Positions 12,101 to 24,439 of a stretch of 64,000 bases of DNA are shown here, in pieces (the stretch's first letter is position 1; the number at the start of each line of letters is the position of its first letter). The position numbers were made by a program, and so were the translations under genes. The stretch is taken from positions 43,152,001-43,216,000 of the forward strand of contig NC_043006.1 of NCBI RefSeq assembly GCF_006345805.1. Reading direction: 5' to 3'. This stretch comes from Octopus sinensis. Taxonomy: Eukaryota. Under the pieces are notes generated by a model. The model made no database searches and was not told the origin of the DNA. It worked only from the letters and a program-made list of their open reading frames with translations.

Positions 12101-12515
12101 ATCACCATCATCATCATCATCATCAACATCATTATAATAGAAGGATTCCATGGTAAAGGAAGCCCTCTCCTTAGGTATAAGGATAAGTTGAAACAATCAC
12201 TAAAATCTCAATTGCTTAATTTAACATCTTGGGAAAGTTATTGCCTACATCGATCTGAGTGGTATAAAATGTGTCATTGATGCATCTAAACAATTTCGGT
12301 TGAAGAAACAGAACAATAAAAGAATTATATCCTGCAATCAACAAACAGATTTGTCCAATCCCAAGCAAGATCAAAATCATGAATGTCCCCACTGTGACTT
12401 CATAGCAAAATCCATTCCTGGACTCACATTACATTCATGCATCCATCGCAAATAGATGCAGCTTCTTTTATGTTTTTAATCCTTCTCTTATTATTATTAT
12501 TATTATGATGATGTG

Positions 12516-12835
12516 AAGATGCATGGCTCAGTGGTTAGAGTATTGGGCTCACAATCATGAGACAGTGAGTTTGATTCCCAGACCGGGCTGTCTGTTGTGT
12601 TCTTGAGCAAGACACTTTATTTCACATCACTCCAGTTTACACAGCTGTAAAAATGAGCTGCAACATCACTGGTGCCAAGCTGTGTCAGTCCTTGCATTTC
12701 CCTTGGATAGCATCAGTGGTGGGGAGAGGGGAGACTTTTATTCATCGGCAACTGCTAGTCTTCCATAAACAACCTTGCTTAGACTTCTGGTTCAGAGGGA
12801 AACTTTCTAGGTGCAATCCCTTGGTCATTCAAGAT
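12516..12835 (+). mobile_element. tRNA-derived SINE (third family)
   Basis: TGGCTCAGTGG A box, GTTTGATTCCC B box, then GTGTTCTTGAGCAAGACACTTTATTTC, similar to conserved central SINE domains. Confidence 0.65.
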
Positions 12836-13847
12836 CCTTATTATTATTATTATTATTTTCCTTCTTTCTTCAAATTCTTTTTCCATTTCTCATCGAGTGT
12901 TTTCCATACACCTAGGGCAGCGATGCTCACTGTATGCATTCCCAGATTACACACGCACATTCACAGGTAAAATATGTATATAAAAAAATTAATAAATAAA
13001 TAAATTCATGAATGGATGTTGTTTTCACAGCGATAATGCTCTTCTCAGTACATGAGTCATTCCAGTTAATATGATTTTTTGCACTTCCTGTAGGGATGGT
13101 AAGCCTGGTATCATTTTCAAATAGGCCTCAGTACCTTTTTTTATCATTCCTAGAGATCATACAATCACTGGTACTGGGAATGATAGCAAAAGGGGCTGAT
13201 TGCTACCTAGCTCAGATATCAGCCCCTTTTGCTATAAAAAATAGTGGTATTATTACTACTACTACTATTATTATTATTATTATTATTTAGTGAGAGAGCA
13301 GTTCATGCCATCAAAGTGACACTGGGGTAAAATATACGAAGCCCAATATACCCATCATGACTACCCGTCTGATAAAGGTACACCAGGCACATGCATCACA
13401 ACCATATGTGCATGACATGGTGATCTCATATCAAGATAAACAGCACATGACCTTGCAGGTGGGGCCCAGTTAGAATTTTCTTCAGGTTGAGTAGCCCATC
13501 CCACTCAAACGGTCCCTGAATAAGGGTTGTTTAAGGATGTTGAAAGAACCACCCATGTTTCCAGAGGTGAACTATTCAAACCCCAAAGAATCCCTCTCAA
13601 CACATGGCTATGATGCTCCCCCACTACTTCTGCTCGTGATCAGAGATGCACATATCGTCAGCCACTAAGGGACATGCTCAACTGGTTAAGGTCAAACAAC
13701 TGACAAGCAAATCTGTGGTATTGAGCAGAATATTTGCTGTAGCCCATCTTTTATACCAGACAAAACAATGTACATGATAACACTTCCAATCAGTTAAGAT
13801 CAGAAGCCATGAGAGCCACTGCCTGGTACTGCATTACTGCCTGGTAC

Positions 13848-13878
<31 letters not shown>

Positions 13879-14792
13879 TTCATTGTTGAATGAGATGGAT
13901 TTGAGTGGATAAGATCTACTTAAAAACAACTTGGAGTTGAATTGTATTAAACTATTTATGATCATATATTCTCTGAAATGGTAAATATTGATAAAAGAAT
14001 TATCAGATTTACAAACCCTTGTACAGCACTCAAAATGGATGGAGGCCCTACATTAAGACTTCATGGCAATTGTATGAAATTCAAGAAAAACTTACATTCG
14101 CGTATAAGTAGAAATACAAAGTAATTGCAGAAGAACCATAACCAGAGCAAATGGCATCTGGTGAATCAGATCTTACAAACAGCATCAATGATACAAAGCT
14201 TTAAGATATATTGATGTATTGAAAACGGACATTTCAGAGAAATGGCAAGGCATTTATAGACTATAAAATTTTAGAAATATAGCCTACTCCATTGTAATAA
14301 AGTAAAAAAAGGATAATTTAAGTTAAATCTAGAAGAATATGATAGATTTGTAACTGGTTAGTGCAAAGGAAATGGCTGATTTCAAGGTCTCTATTAAAAA
14401 TGAAAAAGCTCATGATTAAGACAATATTTATTCATTAACCTAATTTCCATTGTTTTCTAGAACTTCATTCCATCTATCAACAAGCTTATAAATGCCACTC
14501 TTGTAAAATTGTTTAGGTTTTGATGCTAAATACAAAGCCAACTCATTTTCAACCTATTCTCTTGATGTCAATCTAAGACCATTCAAAGGGTTCTGTAGTC
14601 CCTAAAACAACTGATAATCAGAAGGAGCAAGGTCTGGAGAATATGGAGGATAAAGCAATATTTACAAACCAAGCTCTTCCAAGAGATCTTTGGTCAGTCG
14701 AGCTGTGTAAGGACAAGCATTCAGTTCTATATTTAAGAGATGAGGAATTATTTACATTTGACGGATATTTGTCCTCATCTTGTTTGTTGTTA

Positions 14793-14836
14793 ACACAACG
14801 TTTCGGTTGATATACCCTCCAGCCTTCATCAGGTGT
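14793..14836 (-). ncRNA. Minimal hammerhead ribozyme, core intact, one stem II mismatch
   Basis: Minus strand ACAC CUGAUGA A GGCUG GAGGGUAUAU CAACC GAAA C GUU GUGU. Confidence 0.7.
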
Positions 14837-15073
14837 CTTGGGGAAATTTCGAACCTAGGTTCTCATTCCTAGGGTATTTTTCAATGTTGTTGTTGTTGTT
14901 ATTATTCAAGCATATGCTGTAGTAGTTAAGAGCGCAGGCTACTAACCCCAAGATTCTGAGTTCGATTCCAGGCAGTGACCTGAATAATAATGATAATAAT
15001 AATAATAATAACAACAACAACAACATTGAAAAATACCTTAGGAATGAGAACCCAGGTTCGAAATTTCCCCAAG

Positions 15074-15117
15074 ACACCTGATGAAGGCTGGAGGGTATAT
15101 CAGCTGAAATGTTGTGT
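15074..15117 (+). ncRNA. Minimal hammerhead ribozyme, two CpG transitions
   Basis: ACAC CTGATGA A GGCTG GAGGGTATAT CAGCT GAAA T GTT GTGT. The core boxes are intact, but C11.1 and C15.2 are changed to U. Confidence 0.55.
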
Positions 15118-15904
15118 TAACAACAAACAAGATGAGGACAAATATCTGTCAATTGTAAGTAATGTTAATAAGAACAAGCATTATTATGGTGTGAGATGGC
15201 ACTCTTTTTGTTTACTAAGCAGGGTCACTTTCTGTTCAAAACAGCTTTCAAATAATGTAGTTGATCACAATAGAGATAACAGTAATTCTTTGATTGTTGT
15301 CTAACAATCCATAATGGACAATTCCTTCAATATCCCACCATACACTCAACATGATCTTCCTTGGATGAAGTCCTCTTCTTGGTTGTTGAACAGGACTTTC
15401 TCCTCAACTGATTCATAATTGGTGGCATTTAACATAATGGTAAAGGACCCATTTCTCATTACCTATAACAAGCCTTCCTAAAAATGGTTCCTTAAGGTGT
15501 CATGAAAGCAATGACTGACAACAAACAATACACTATTGCAGATTCTCTGGAGACTGTTCCTGTGGGACCCTTTTTCCAACCACTAAAACCGTTCCGATCC
15601 TTTTCAGTTGGTGTAGAACAGTTGTTCGAGCTATGTTAAACTATTCTGCAAGTTCTCTACAAGTAGTAATTGGCTTTTCTTTTTGAACAACCTTCTTTTG
15701 GCTCGTCTTTCACACTCAAATTTCCACTTCTGTAGCAAGAAAACCATCTTGTGCAACTTCTTTCACTACATCATCCCCATAAACTCTCTGAAGAGACTTT
15801 GCTGCTGTGCTTGCATTGACACCTTTATGAAACACATGGAGTAAGACATGTCTAATGTGATATGTAGATGGGATGAACACAGGTGTGAATATAACAGAAG
15901 ACCA

Positions 15905-16132
15905 TTTGAGTGTGGCCGTTGCCAGTACCGCCTGGCTGGTCCTCATGCTGGTGGCACGTAAAAGCACCCACTGCACTCTTGGAGTGGTTGGTGTTAGGAA
16001 GGGCATCCAGCTGTAGAAACTCTGCCAGATCCAATTGGAACCTGGTGCAGCCATCTGGTTCGCCAGTCCTCAGTCAAATCGTCCAACCCATGCTAGTATG
16101 GAAAGCGGATGTTAAACGATGATGATGATGAG
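15905..16132 (+). mobile_element. RTE 3' UTR fragment inserted in a mariner
   Basis: GGCACGTAAAAGCACC...AAGGGCATCCAGC...CCATGCTAGTATGGAAAGCGGATGTTAAAC(GAT)n. Confidence 0.8.
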
Positions 16133-16539
16133 GATTATGGCCAATAAAATCAGAATCTGAAAGAAAATGTATAAATTAGTCATTGTGACATTCTTAAAAC
16201 ATTACAATAGTCACAATTTAAAAAGAATACTATCTAAATTTGTTTTCTAAAAAATCAGCCATTACTTGTGCACCAACCTGATATTTGCAAAACTGCTAAA
16301 TTCAGAAACATAACCAGGAACTATTTAAACTGTTATAAAATGTATGCTTGCATGGTTCATGTAGTAGAGATAATCCCAATAAGTCCTGCATGGTTGATGG
16401 TAAATGCCAAAATAAACAATATGCCAAAGAATTATGATCTAGAATGTTAATGGTTATACTCATTATACATGTGGTAATGATGGTTCAAACTTCCAGAAAC
16501 CCAAGAATGTTGCTGTGATGTGTATTCTAATTTCTTTAT

Positions 16540-16680
16540 CACCAGCACCACCATCATCATCATCATCATTACACCCACCACCACCACCACTAGCAGTATC
16601 ATCATCATTACCACTACCACTGTCGCCATCTCCACCAGTATCATTATTGTCATTGTCAGCATCATTACCACCATATTCAA
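16540..16680. repeat. (CAT/CAC)n trinucleotide low-complexity tract
   Basis: Direct reading of the sequence. Confidence 0.9.
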
Positions 16681-17711
16681 GTATGAATGTCTGTCTGTAT
16701 TTGTGTTTATGTGTGTGTGTATGATGGGCTTCCACACTGTTTCTTATTTCTTTATTGCCTACAAGGGGCTAAACATAGAGAGGACAAACAAGGACAGAAA
16801 AAGGGATTAAGTCGATTACATCGACCCCAGTGTACTTAATTTATCGACTGCGAAAGGATGAAAGGCAAAGTCGACCTTGGCAGAATTTGAACCCAGAATG
16901 TAACAGCAGACGAAATACTAATACTGCTAAGCATTTCGCCTTATGTGCTAATGTTTCTGCCAGCTCGTTGCCTTTCCAGGTTATTGATTATGACCAATAA
17001 ATGTAGAATAAGAAAAAAAGTAAAAAGGTTCAGCTAGAATTTGATCCTGCATTGCAAATTCAACTTGCCAAGATCTTATTGCCACTATACAGTACTTACA
17101 TCAGAATTTGAACTGAGAACGTAACGGCATACGAAATACCGCTAAGCATTTCGCCCGGTATGCTAATGTTTCTGCCAGCTCGCTGCCTTACCACACTGTT
17201 TCTATCTACCAAATCCACTCTCAAGACATTGATCAGCCTAGGGCTAAAGTAAAAAAAAACCCACTTGTCCAAGGCATCACAGTGGGACTGAACCTGAAGC
17301 GATATGATTGCAAAGTGAGCTTCTTAACCACACAGCTATTCCATGAAACGTTTTCTAGATATTACTAAAGAAGGCGACAACTTGCATAACGACAAATTTG
17401 CATTTGTATCATTAGTGAAATTAGTGCACATAATAAAGAAAAGAAACAAAACGATCAATTACGATATAGAATTTAAATGAAATGCTATTAGCTTATTATT
17501 GACATTAACAAATCAATCACATATATCAGTATTTGTCATTAAGATTAAAGTTTTAAAAATTAAATGCAAAATACTTTAAGATATTTAACGATTCATTATA
17601 TTCCCAAAACAATATTTAATAACTGAAAAATCGTTAATGGCTACCTTGATGAGATTTTTGTTAATTCGAAAATATCAGGTTTGATATTTATCAGAGTCTT
17701 GAGTCTTTAAT

Positions 17712-18125
17712 CACCATCCTTCAGCGTCCATTTTCCACACTTGTGTGGGTTGGACAGTTTCACCAGAGCTGGCAAGTCAGAGAGCTGCCCCAGGTGCCAG
17801 TTCGGTTTGGCATGGTCTCTACAGCTGGATGCCTTTCCTAATGCCAACCAGTTTACAGAGTGTGCTGTGTGTTTTTAATGTGAAACTGCCACAAGTGCTT
17901 TTACCTGGCACCTGGTATGGGTTGGATGGTTTGACCAAAGATGGTAAACTGGAGAGCTGCACCAGGTTCCAGCCTAATTTGGCATGGTTTCTACAGCTGG
18001 ATGCCCTTCCTAACACCAACCACTTTACAGTATCTGCTGGGTGCTTTTTAATGTGGCACAAGCAGGAGCACTTTTACGTGACCCCCAGCACAAGTGCTTA
18101 TTATGTGGCTCTGGCACATGACTCT
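17712..18125 (-). mobile_element. Two tandem RTE 3' UTR fragments
   Basis: CAGCTGGATGCC(C/T)TTCCTAA occurs twice (17822 and 17994) with flanking tail sequence. Confidence 0.7.
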
Positions 18126-18509
18126 TGTAGGCCTACCATTTTCATCAGGGGATGCAGTCCCCTTTCCTTTTGCATATTTATTATATATTTTGCTGTAATA
18201 CAATGCTGAATCTTTTCTCAACCAGGTATGAGAGGGAAAAATGTTAAAAATACTTTATTTCCTTTCAAAAGCAGGGGATTTATTTTGTTGCATAACTCTT
18301 TAGCATTTTATCCAGCCATGTCCGGCCCAAATATTCTACCTGTTTTATGTTAAAACTGTGGCTATGTGGTAAGTAGCTTGCTTACGAACCACATGGTTCT
18401 GAGTTCAGTCCCACTGCGTGGCACTTTGGGCAAGTATCTTCTACTATAGCCTCAGGCCGATCAAAGCCATTTGAGTGGATTTGATAGATGGAAACTGAAA
18501 GAAGCCCGT

Positions 18510-18695
18510 CGTATGTATGTATGTATGTATATATATGTATGTATGTATGTATGTATATATGTATGTATATATGTATGTATATATGTATGTATATATGTAT
18601 GTATATACGTATGTATATATATATATATGTATGTATATATGTATGTATGTATATATGTATGTATGTATATATGTATGTATGTATATATGTATCTC
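18510..18695. repeat. (TATG/TA)n microsatellite inside a SINE
   Basis: Direct reading of the sequence. Confidence 0.95.
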
Positions 18696-19171
18696 TTATT
18701 ATAAAAGGCAGATTTTATCTGCCTCCCTTTGGGAGTTATACAAATCTACAATATAGGATTTCTTCAATTACAATTTACCTAGCAATTTTAAGAGTACAAT
18801 GCATCGCGTCATGCCAGCTCCAGTTTTTAAAATTTAAACTCCAATTAAGCAAAATTTACAGAAAACTCACATTCTGGTGTGTGTGTCAAATGCTTTTCTT
18901 AGTCTGGTTTACAGCACACGCAAACGCACACACACACTGTGTAACGAATAAAATGAAACTAGATGTAATATTTGTTACTGTCCATGAACGCTGATAGATA
19001 CATGAGTAAAATGTATGGGAAGCTAACAAATAAGAGTGAGTGAAAATGTCTTGGAAGAGAGTAAATTTGAAGCTTGAGAACAATCAGATACATTTGCAAC
19101 ACATCTGTTGAAAATATTGTTGTTCACACACATACATATACATATATACATACAGACAGACAGACAGATAG

Positions 19172-19202
<31 letters not shown>

Positions 19203-19439
19203 ATCCAGCATGGCCACAACCTCAAGGCTGAAACATATAAAAGAATAACAGAATATAAATGTGTGCATGTGTGTGAGAGAGAGAGAGAGTGTGTGTGTAT
19301 ATGTATGTATGTATGTATGTATGTATATATATATAATAATGCGGTTTTTTCAACAGCTTGAACTAAAAGTCAGAGGGGAATGGGATAAACTACTTATATT
19401 AACTTGCTATAAAAACAGGTAGTAATTTTATCTTGTCCT

Positions 19440-19925
19440 TATTCATAGTGCAAGTTTTGAAGAGTGCATTTCGATTTTAACAGCTATTTTTTTCAAAGCT
19501 ATGTTGGAAGTAACAAAGGAGCATATTTGGCATATTTTGCTTTATGAGTTCAATAAAGACAACAACGCAACGGAAAGTACAAGAAATATTAATGCAGTAT
19601 ATGGGGATTGGACAATAAGCGTAAGGCAGTGTCAATGGTGGTTCCAGAAATTCCGAGCCATAAACTACAGCCTAGAAGACGAGCCTCATCCTGAAAGATC
19701 TGTAGAACTCGACAAGGACATCCTGAAAACCCTGGTGGAACAAAATCTCATCGTAACTGTTGAGGAACTAGCAGAGAAGCTTGGATTTGGTCATTCAACC
19801 ATTCATTGACACCTGTGTGCTATCGGAAAAGTCAGCAAATTGGGTCAATGGGTTCCTCACGAACTTTCCGAGTCTAATTGCATGCAGAGAGTGAATGTAT
19901 GCTTTTCTTTGCTGTCACATCTCAC
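19440..19925 (+). mobile_element. Mariner transposase 5' fragment
   Basis: MLEVTKEHIWHILLYEFNK...LEDEPH...TVEELAEKLG, then after a stop LGQWVPHEL. It is truncated just before a Helitron. Confidence 0.9.
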
Positions 19926-19944
19926 CACTACTGCGCTATGTATA

Positions 19945-20445
19945 TCTATATATATAAAACTGTAGTTGTGTGAGTGTCTGTCCCCTTCGATTTAGATTCC
20001 TAACTACTCCCACATTTTGCGGTGCAGTTTAACCAAATTCGGGTAGCTTATAGTCGTGATTCATACGAGCCCGTCTGAGTATTATTTTTTATTCCATTTT
20101 AATGCATAATTTTTCGTGTGTCGATGGCGGTGAAGTTGGCGTCCACGCTCACACCTGCACCTGTGAGGAAGGGAGTGTAAGGAAATCAACGTCGTAAGGA
20201 AATCAACGTCGTAATGCGTTGTCAAGGAGACCAGCGTTCTTTTAGAACAACGACTTCATGGCTTGAAGACACAAAAGAGAAATGGCTAAGAAAGCGTCTA
20301 CATGAGTCTACGATTTAAAAAAAATTTACCATCGTTTTTTTTCCATTTTAATGCATTTTTTGCTATTTTTTGGCTATAACTCTCTAAAAATGCTTATATA
20401 GTTATTTCCCTTACAAACCCGAGCAACGCCGGGCGATACTGCTAG
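19945..20445 (+). mobile_element. Non-autonomous Helitron
   Basis: A|TC start, CCCGAGCAACGCCGGG hairpin 8 nt before the CTAG|T end, no TSD. A second copy is at 44082. Confidence 0.88.
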
Positions 20446-21140
20446 TGTATGTATATATATATGTATGTATATAAATATATATATATGTATATGTATATGT
20501 GTATATGCATGTGTGTATATATATGTATATATATATGTGTGCGTATGTTTGTGTGTCTGTTTGTCCCTCCAACATCGCTTGACAACCGATGCTGGTGTGT
20601 TTACGTCCCCATAACTTAGCTGTTCGGCAAAACAGACTGATAGAATAAGTACTAGGCTTACAAAGAATAAGTCCTGGGGTCAATTCCTTTGGCTAAAGGT
20701 GGTGCTCCAGCATGGCTACAGTCAAATGACTGATTCAAGTAAAAGAGTATAAGAGATCCAGCCCTTCACACCTACCCTACAATGTCATTCTAAAAATATA
20801 CAAACACATCTTTGAATCTTGAAGCTACAAGATAATGCATGATTAATTCAAAAACAATGTGAATAAATACGCATTACATTTAACAAAGTGATCTCAGTAC
20901 TAAGGTTTAAACCACAATTTTTTATAACCATCTTGTTCAAATAGAAGCTGAGTTTCAAAATCATTTTGAAAAGACTATTAGTTCTTGAGAAAAATCTGGA
21001 GCAATATTGTCTGTGATGGCTTAATATGGAATTACTGTCCATTTACATAATCTTAGCTCTTCCAGATCTTTAAATCTAGTTTGCATGTCTTTCTTCAAAG
21101 CTGAAGATAATAACATTACTACATCAGTTTTTGTTAAATG

Positions 21141-21720
21141 CTAGGTGGCGAGCTGGCAGAAGCATTAGCACACCAGGCGAAATGCTTAGGAGTATTTCGT
21201 ATGCCGCTACGTTCTGTGTTCAAATTCCGCCTAGGTTGACTTTACCTTTCATCATTTTTGGGTTGATAAATTAAGTACCAGGTACGCACTGGGGTTGATG
21301 TAATCGACTTAATCCGTTTGTCTGTCCCTGTTTGTCCCCTCTATGTTTAGCCCCTTGTGGGTAATAAAGAAACAGGTATTTCGTCTGCCGTTACGTTCTG
21401 AAATCAAATTCCGCCGAGGTCGACTTTACCTTTCATCCTTTTGGTGTCGATAAACTAAGTACCAGTTACACACTGGGGTCGATGTAACCGACTTAATCTG
21501 TTTGTCTGTCCTTGTTTGTCCCCTCTGTGTTTAGCCCCTTGTGGGCAATAAAGAAATAAGAAACATTAGCATGCTTAGCAACATAGTAGTATTTCGTCTG
21601 TCTTTACATTCTGAGTTCAAATTCCGCTGAGGTCGACTTTGCCTTTCATCCTTTCGGGGTTGATAAATTAAGTACCAGTTGCATACTGGGGTTGTTCTAA
21701 TTGACTGGCGCCCTCCCCAA
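21141..21720 (+). mobile_element. Head-to-tail multimer of SINE S2
   Basis: Three consecutive S2 bodies, joined at AAAGAAACA|GGTATTTCGTCTG and AAAGAAATAAG|AAACATTAGC. Confidence 0.82.
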
Positions 21721-22772
21721 AAATTGTTAAATGCAAATTATCAGAATATGTGTTACAAATACTTTTAGATCAAGAAAATAACAGAAGTCTCTGCTTACCA
21801 TAATATTCTCGTTAATTGATATTTTGCTAACAAATTATTATTGTTTTTGCTTTAATAACGGTCAGTTTGTTTTCTTGCAATTTAATTTTGACTTCCTTCA
21901 AATTGTTAAAAGTATCAGAAAGGTAAGTAATACCTGTTTCCAAGATGCTCCATCCACAAATTAAAGAAAAATAATTGAATCATAAAGAATATAAAAACCT
22001 TACAAATCATTTCATTTCTGAAGCCATCTAATCTCAGCAGGCATTAAAAGTTGCCCAAATTCATCTTAGCTTTCATAGTAAAGTTGTCAAAATATGTGTT
22101 TATGTACTGATTTGATTACAGTTTAGGAAGTTTCCTGTATTTAATCACTAAGCTTCTTTGCAGCTAAATAACACCTAAGAATATTACAGTGCATAGAAAA
22201 AATATTTTTCAATTTTTCTATTTTTCTATCTTTTTATGGAATTGCTCTTTTTAAATCTATTATGAAGACTAATCATTGAAGTCTCTCTTTCAGTTGCATA
22301 TACAATAATGTTTGTAAGAGGAATTTTTTTTTATTTTTGTGTATGCAACAGAAACAACATTAGATTAAAATAGCTATCAGCATACCATACTAAATGTATA
22401 TACATCAGTGAAAGGCAAAATGCTGTGGTTTTTGCCTGAGAGAAAAATCTCTTCATAGACATTTTGTGATAATGTTTGCCTCATTTATAGAATAAGACAA
22501 ACATTATCACTGTTCTCTATATATTGAAGGAGATAAATTTTGTTTAGGTATGTGGTAAGTGTATACACATCATTAACAAAGCCCAAGAAGCCTGAAACTC
22601 ATCTGACATTCTTGTGAATCACTGCCAAGACAATATTCACTTTGTTCTGATATATATTGTGTTTTTAACTCAACATGTCTTGGAAGAGAGTTTCTCTGAT
22701 ACAAAAATACATGCCATTAAATGGCACATATACATTAAGTATACTACACAGATGGGAATATTTATTTGCACA

Positions 22773-23180
22773 GACGTAGGAGTGGCTGTGTGGTAAGTAG
22801 CTTGCTTACAAACCACATGGTTCCAGGTTCAGTCCCACTGTGTGGTATCTTGGGCAAGTGTCTTCTACTATAGCCTCGGGCGAACCAAAGCCTTGTGAGT
22901 GGATTTGGTAGACGGAAACTGAAAGAAGCCTGTCATATGTATATATACATATATATGTATGCGTGTGTCTGTTTGTATGTCTGTATTTGTCCCCACCCCA
23001 CCCCAACATCGCTTGACAACCAATGCTGGTGTGTTTACGTCCCCATAACTTAGCAGTTCGGCAAAAGAAACCGATAGAATATGTACTAGGCTTACAAAGA
23101 ATAAACCCTGGGTCGATTTGCTTGACTAAAGGTGGTGCTCCATCATGGCCACAGTCAAACGACTTAAACAAGTAAAAGAG
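22773..23180 (+). mobile_element. tRNA-derived SINE family S1 (head + internal (TA/TG)n + 3' half), full length
   Basis: GGAGTGGCTGTGTGGTAAG...GGTTCAGTCCC head and CAGCATGGCCACAGTCAAATGACTGAAACAAGTAAAAGAG-type end. More than 20 full or partial copies occur in the window. Confidence 0.85.
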
Positions 23181-23504
23181 TAAGCTGCTCTGTTGATTAT
23201 AACCGATAGAATGCTAGTAAATTCCAACCAAGTCTTAACTATTAATGAGTGTAATTACACCAGTCAAAGAATATAAGAATACCAAAACTGTTTTTGGCAG
23301 AAAATGAAACAATTTTTCATTACTGTGGTGATTCCCACATTTAGCAATGAGCTTTGAAAATTTATGCGTATTGCATCTTTTTTTTTATGTCCAAACTGGC
23401 TGGATTTGACCTCTGAACCTAACCTATAATGTCATTCGAAAAAATAAAGTCACACCATTAAAATCTTAAAGCTACGAGATAAATCATGATTAATTCAAAA
23501 CATT

Positions 23505-24390
23505 CATCATCATCATCATCGTCGTCGTCATTGTTTAACGTCTGTTTTCCATGCTGGCATGGGTTGGACGGTTGAACTGGGGTCTGGGAAGCCAGGAGGC
23601 TGCACCAGGCTCCAATGTGATCTGGCAGTGTTTCTACAGCTGGATGCCCTTCCTAACGCCAACCACTTCAAGAGTGTAGTGGGTGCTTTTTATGTGCCAC
23701 CGGCACAGTGGCCAGAAGGGGCTGGCATTGACCACGTTTGGATGATGCTTTTACATGCCACCAGCATGGGAGCCAGTCAAGGCAACACTGGCATCAGCTA
23801 CATTCAGATAGTGCTTTTTATGCTCCACCAGCACAGGAGCCAGTCAGGGCAAGAGGGCTGGCATCGACCACGTTTTGATGGTGCTTTTTATGTTCCACTG
23901 GTACGGGAAGCCAGACAGGTGGCGCTGGCATCAGCCATAACTACAATTTCCATTTGATTGTGGTTTGATTTGATTTTGATGTTAATGTACTTGACTCAAT
24001 AGGTCTCCTCAAGCACAGTATGTCGCCCTACGATCCAAAGATACGTTTTTGAGTGGGCTGGTTATGTGACACTGTGATCTCACTTTATTTGCCGGGTCTT
24101 CTCAGTCACAGCATATCTCCAGAGGTTTCAGCCTTTCATTATTGCTTCTGTGAGGCCCAATGTTCGAAGATCATGCTTCACCACCTCATCCCATATTTTC
24201 CTATGTCTACCTCTACCACGGGTTCCTTCCACTGTTTGGGAATGGCACTTCTTCACACAACTCTCCTCATCCATCCGTAATACATGACCATACCAGTGCA
24301 GACATCTCTCTTGCATGCCACATCCAATGCTTCTTATGTCCAACATTTCTCTCAGGGTGCTTACACTCTCTCGTGTGCACACACTGACAA
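23505..24390 (-). mobile_element. Older 3' fragment of the same RTE family
   Basis: ORF 24128-24382 (RCLHWYGHVLRMDEESCVKKCH...RGRGRHRK), diverged GGTGCTTTT units, CCATGCTGGCATGG and (CAT)n. Confidence 0.85.
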
Positions 24391-24439
24391 CATTTGAGAG
24401 AGTAATGTGAATGTTAAATGGTTAAGATCTTTCTCAATT

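Larger units (their letters stand above)
14722..15168. mobile_element. Inverted partial tandem of the hammerhead retroelement with tRNA head (copy D), inserted in a mariner
   Basis: Left arm 14722-14886 (minus, with tail); tRNA-like head ~14909-14982 with B box GTTCGATTCC; (AAT/AAC)n; right arm to ~15165 without tail. TSD TAAG(G/A)ACAAGCATT at 14708-14721 and 15169-15182 (1 mismatch). Confidence 0.9.
14353..16281 (-). mobile_element. Full-length decayed mariner transposon carrying two later insertions
   Basis: TIR-like ends ACTGGTTAGTGCAAAGGAAATGGCTGATTT and AAATCAGCCATTACTTGTGCACCAACCTGA with TA outside. Minus-strand IRHVLLHVFHKG, NEKWVLY, HHNNACPY and YSPDLAPSDY motifs. About 1.24 kb after removing the inserts. 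Confidence 0.85.

Noticed and set aside
15716-16054. 112 aa ORF
   Set aside because: It is a chance fusion of an RTE tail with a mariner N-terminal remnant.
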